From a virus (taxonomy: Duplodnaviria > Caudoviricetes), in IMG/VR virus record IMGVR_UViG_3300020044_010107, positions 1 through 47,596 of that record: DNA of 47,596 bases, one strand, 5' to 3'. The notes under the pieces were generated by a model. The model saw only the letters and a program-made list of their open reading frames with translations, did not search any database and was not told the DNA's origin. Every line of letters begins with the position of its first letter. Positions within the stretch are counted from its first letter, which is position 1. Positions 46,918 through 47,596 of this stretch are shown here, in pieces. A program made the position numbers and the translations under genes.

Positions 46918-47271
46918 TTATTGCACAATAGCGAATAAAATGTATATAATTATGAAAAAAATTAGTATTTGTCCGATTTGGTACTGAATCATCCGAAAAA
47001 TTACGGCCAAAACTCCGATGGGGGATAACCTGAAGTATTCAGTTTTGCCTGATCCCTTCCAGGTTGTTCGACGGTCGCCATAAATTCGGTGGAGTTCCTT
47101 TTCGTAGCCAGACATACCAATCAGGAATACTTTAAATACACAAATCAATTCACCTGGTACTGATTCGTCAATTTGCCGTTTACGTCGTTTAAAGTCTTTA
47201 CCCTTTCCAATCTTGTACAAGAACGAACGAGGGGAGAACATGAAGTAGATGTAGCCAGCGTCAAACATCAA
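46918..47271 (-). CDS. T5orf172 / GIY-YIG-like protein with a C-terminal hydrophobic segment
   Basis: GYIYFM...YKIGKG...EKELHRIY...GKTEYFRL. Confidence 0.75.
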   Translation of the reverse strand: MMFDAGYIYFMFSPRSFLYKIGKGKDFKRRKRQIDESVPGELICVFKVFLIGMSGYEKELHRIYGDRRTTWKGSGKTEYFRLSPIGVLAVIFRMIQYQIGQILIFFIIIYILFAIVQ

Positions 47272-47396
47272 TCTTCAATTGTGTGGTCAATTACCAAAAA
47301 TCCAGGTTTATCATCGTTGGTGCTACCGAACTCCCAAAACCGTTCCATCTTTTCATTTAAGGTCAGAATACATCCAGCGGCGTTCTTGTGGCCACC
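47268..47396 (-). pseudogene. DHH phosphoesterase C-terminal (DHHA1) fragment
   Basis: GGHKNAAGC...IED*; the frame is closed by TAG two codons upstream of GGH. Confidence 0.75.
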
Positions 47397-47397
47397 A

Positions 47398-47595
47398 AGC
47401 TACACAGAAGTGTTAAAGGCGGGATCAGCAATACTTTTCTACCAACGAGAACAGGCCCGAATCATCATGCAAAACTCATTTGAGTGTACACTGGCTGTTT
47501 CTGGTGATGATTACGAAGAAGAAGAATTTGAGTGCATAGCCGTCAACTCGATGGGCTTGAATACCGATCTGCTACCTTCCGAAATCAACCTCACC
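47398..47595 (+). pseudogene. Inverted fragment, probably the middle of the same DHH gene
   Basis: Open frame SYTEVLKAGSAILFYQREQARIIMQNSFE...FECIAVNSMG resembling the DHH-DHHA1 linker region. Confidence 0.55.
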
Positions 47596-47596
47596 G

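Noticed and set aside
753-47000. Many plus-strand ORFs in the track (e.g. 4699..5217, 6890..7354, 34929..35411)
   Set aside because: They are antisense shadows of well-supported minus-strand genes and show no motifs.

Overview
A near-complete (~47 kb) temperate tailed-phage (siphovirus-like) genome, most likely from a Bacteroidota host (TAnnTTTG -7 promoters, A-rich start regions without obvious Shine-Dalgarno sites). Almost all genes lie on the minus strand; the one convincing plus-strand gene is an XRE repressor. Modules: large serine recombinase; replication/early genes (HTH initiator split at a C12 tract inside an iteron array, DnaC-like ATPase, SNF2 helicase-DNA methyltransferase fusion); lysis-lysogeny switch; a late block of signal-peptide proteins (tail-fibre-like protein, lipoprotein, subtilisin-FN3 protease) around a holin; head, tail and packaging genes in an unusual order; recombination genes (Rad52-like SSAP, RecE-like nuclease, NinB-like); and a terminator-bounded accessory cassette. 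Both window ends break one DHH phosphoesterase gene: on the left it is fused to a foreign Ig-domain frame, on the right a piece is inverted. The most notable signals are a hairpin-associated -1 frameshift candidate in the accessory membrane-protein cassette, a two-hairpin kissing-loop leader RNA ahead of the replication operon, a possibly phase-variable initiator, a tRNA-like RNA with a defective anticodon arm, and the secreted protease module. All family calls come from motif recognition by eye; no searches were run.
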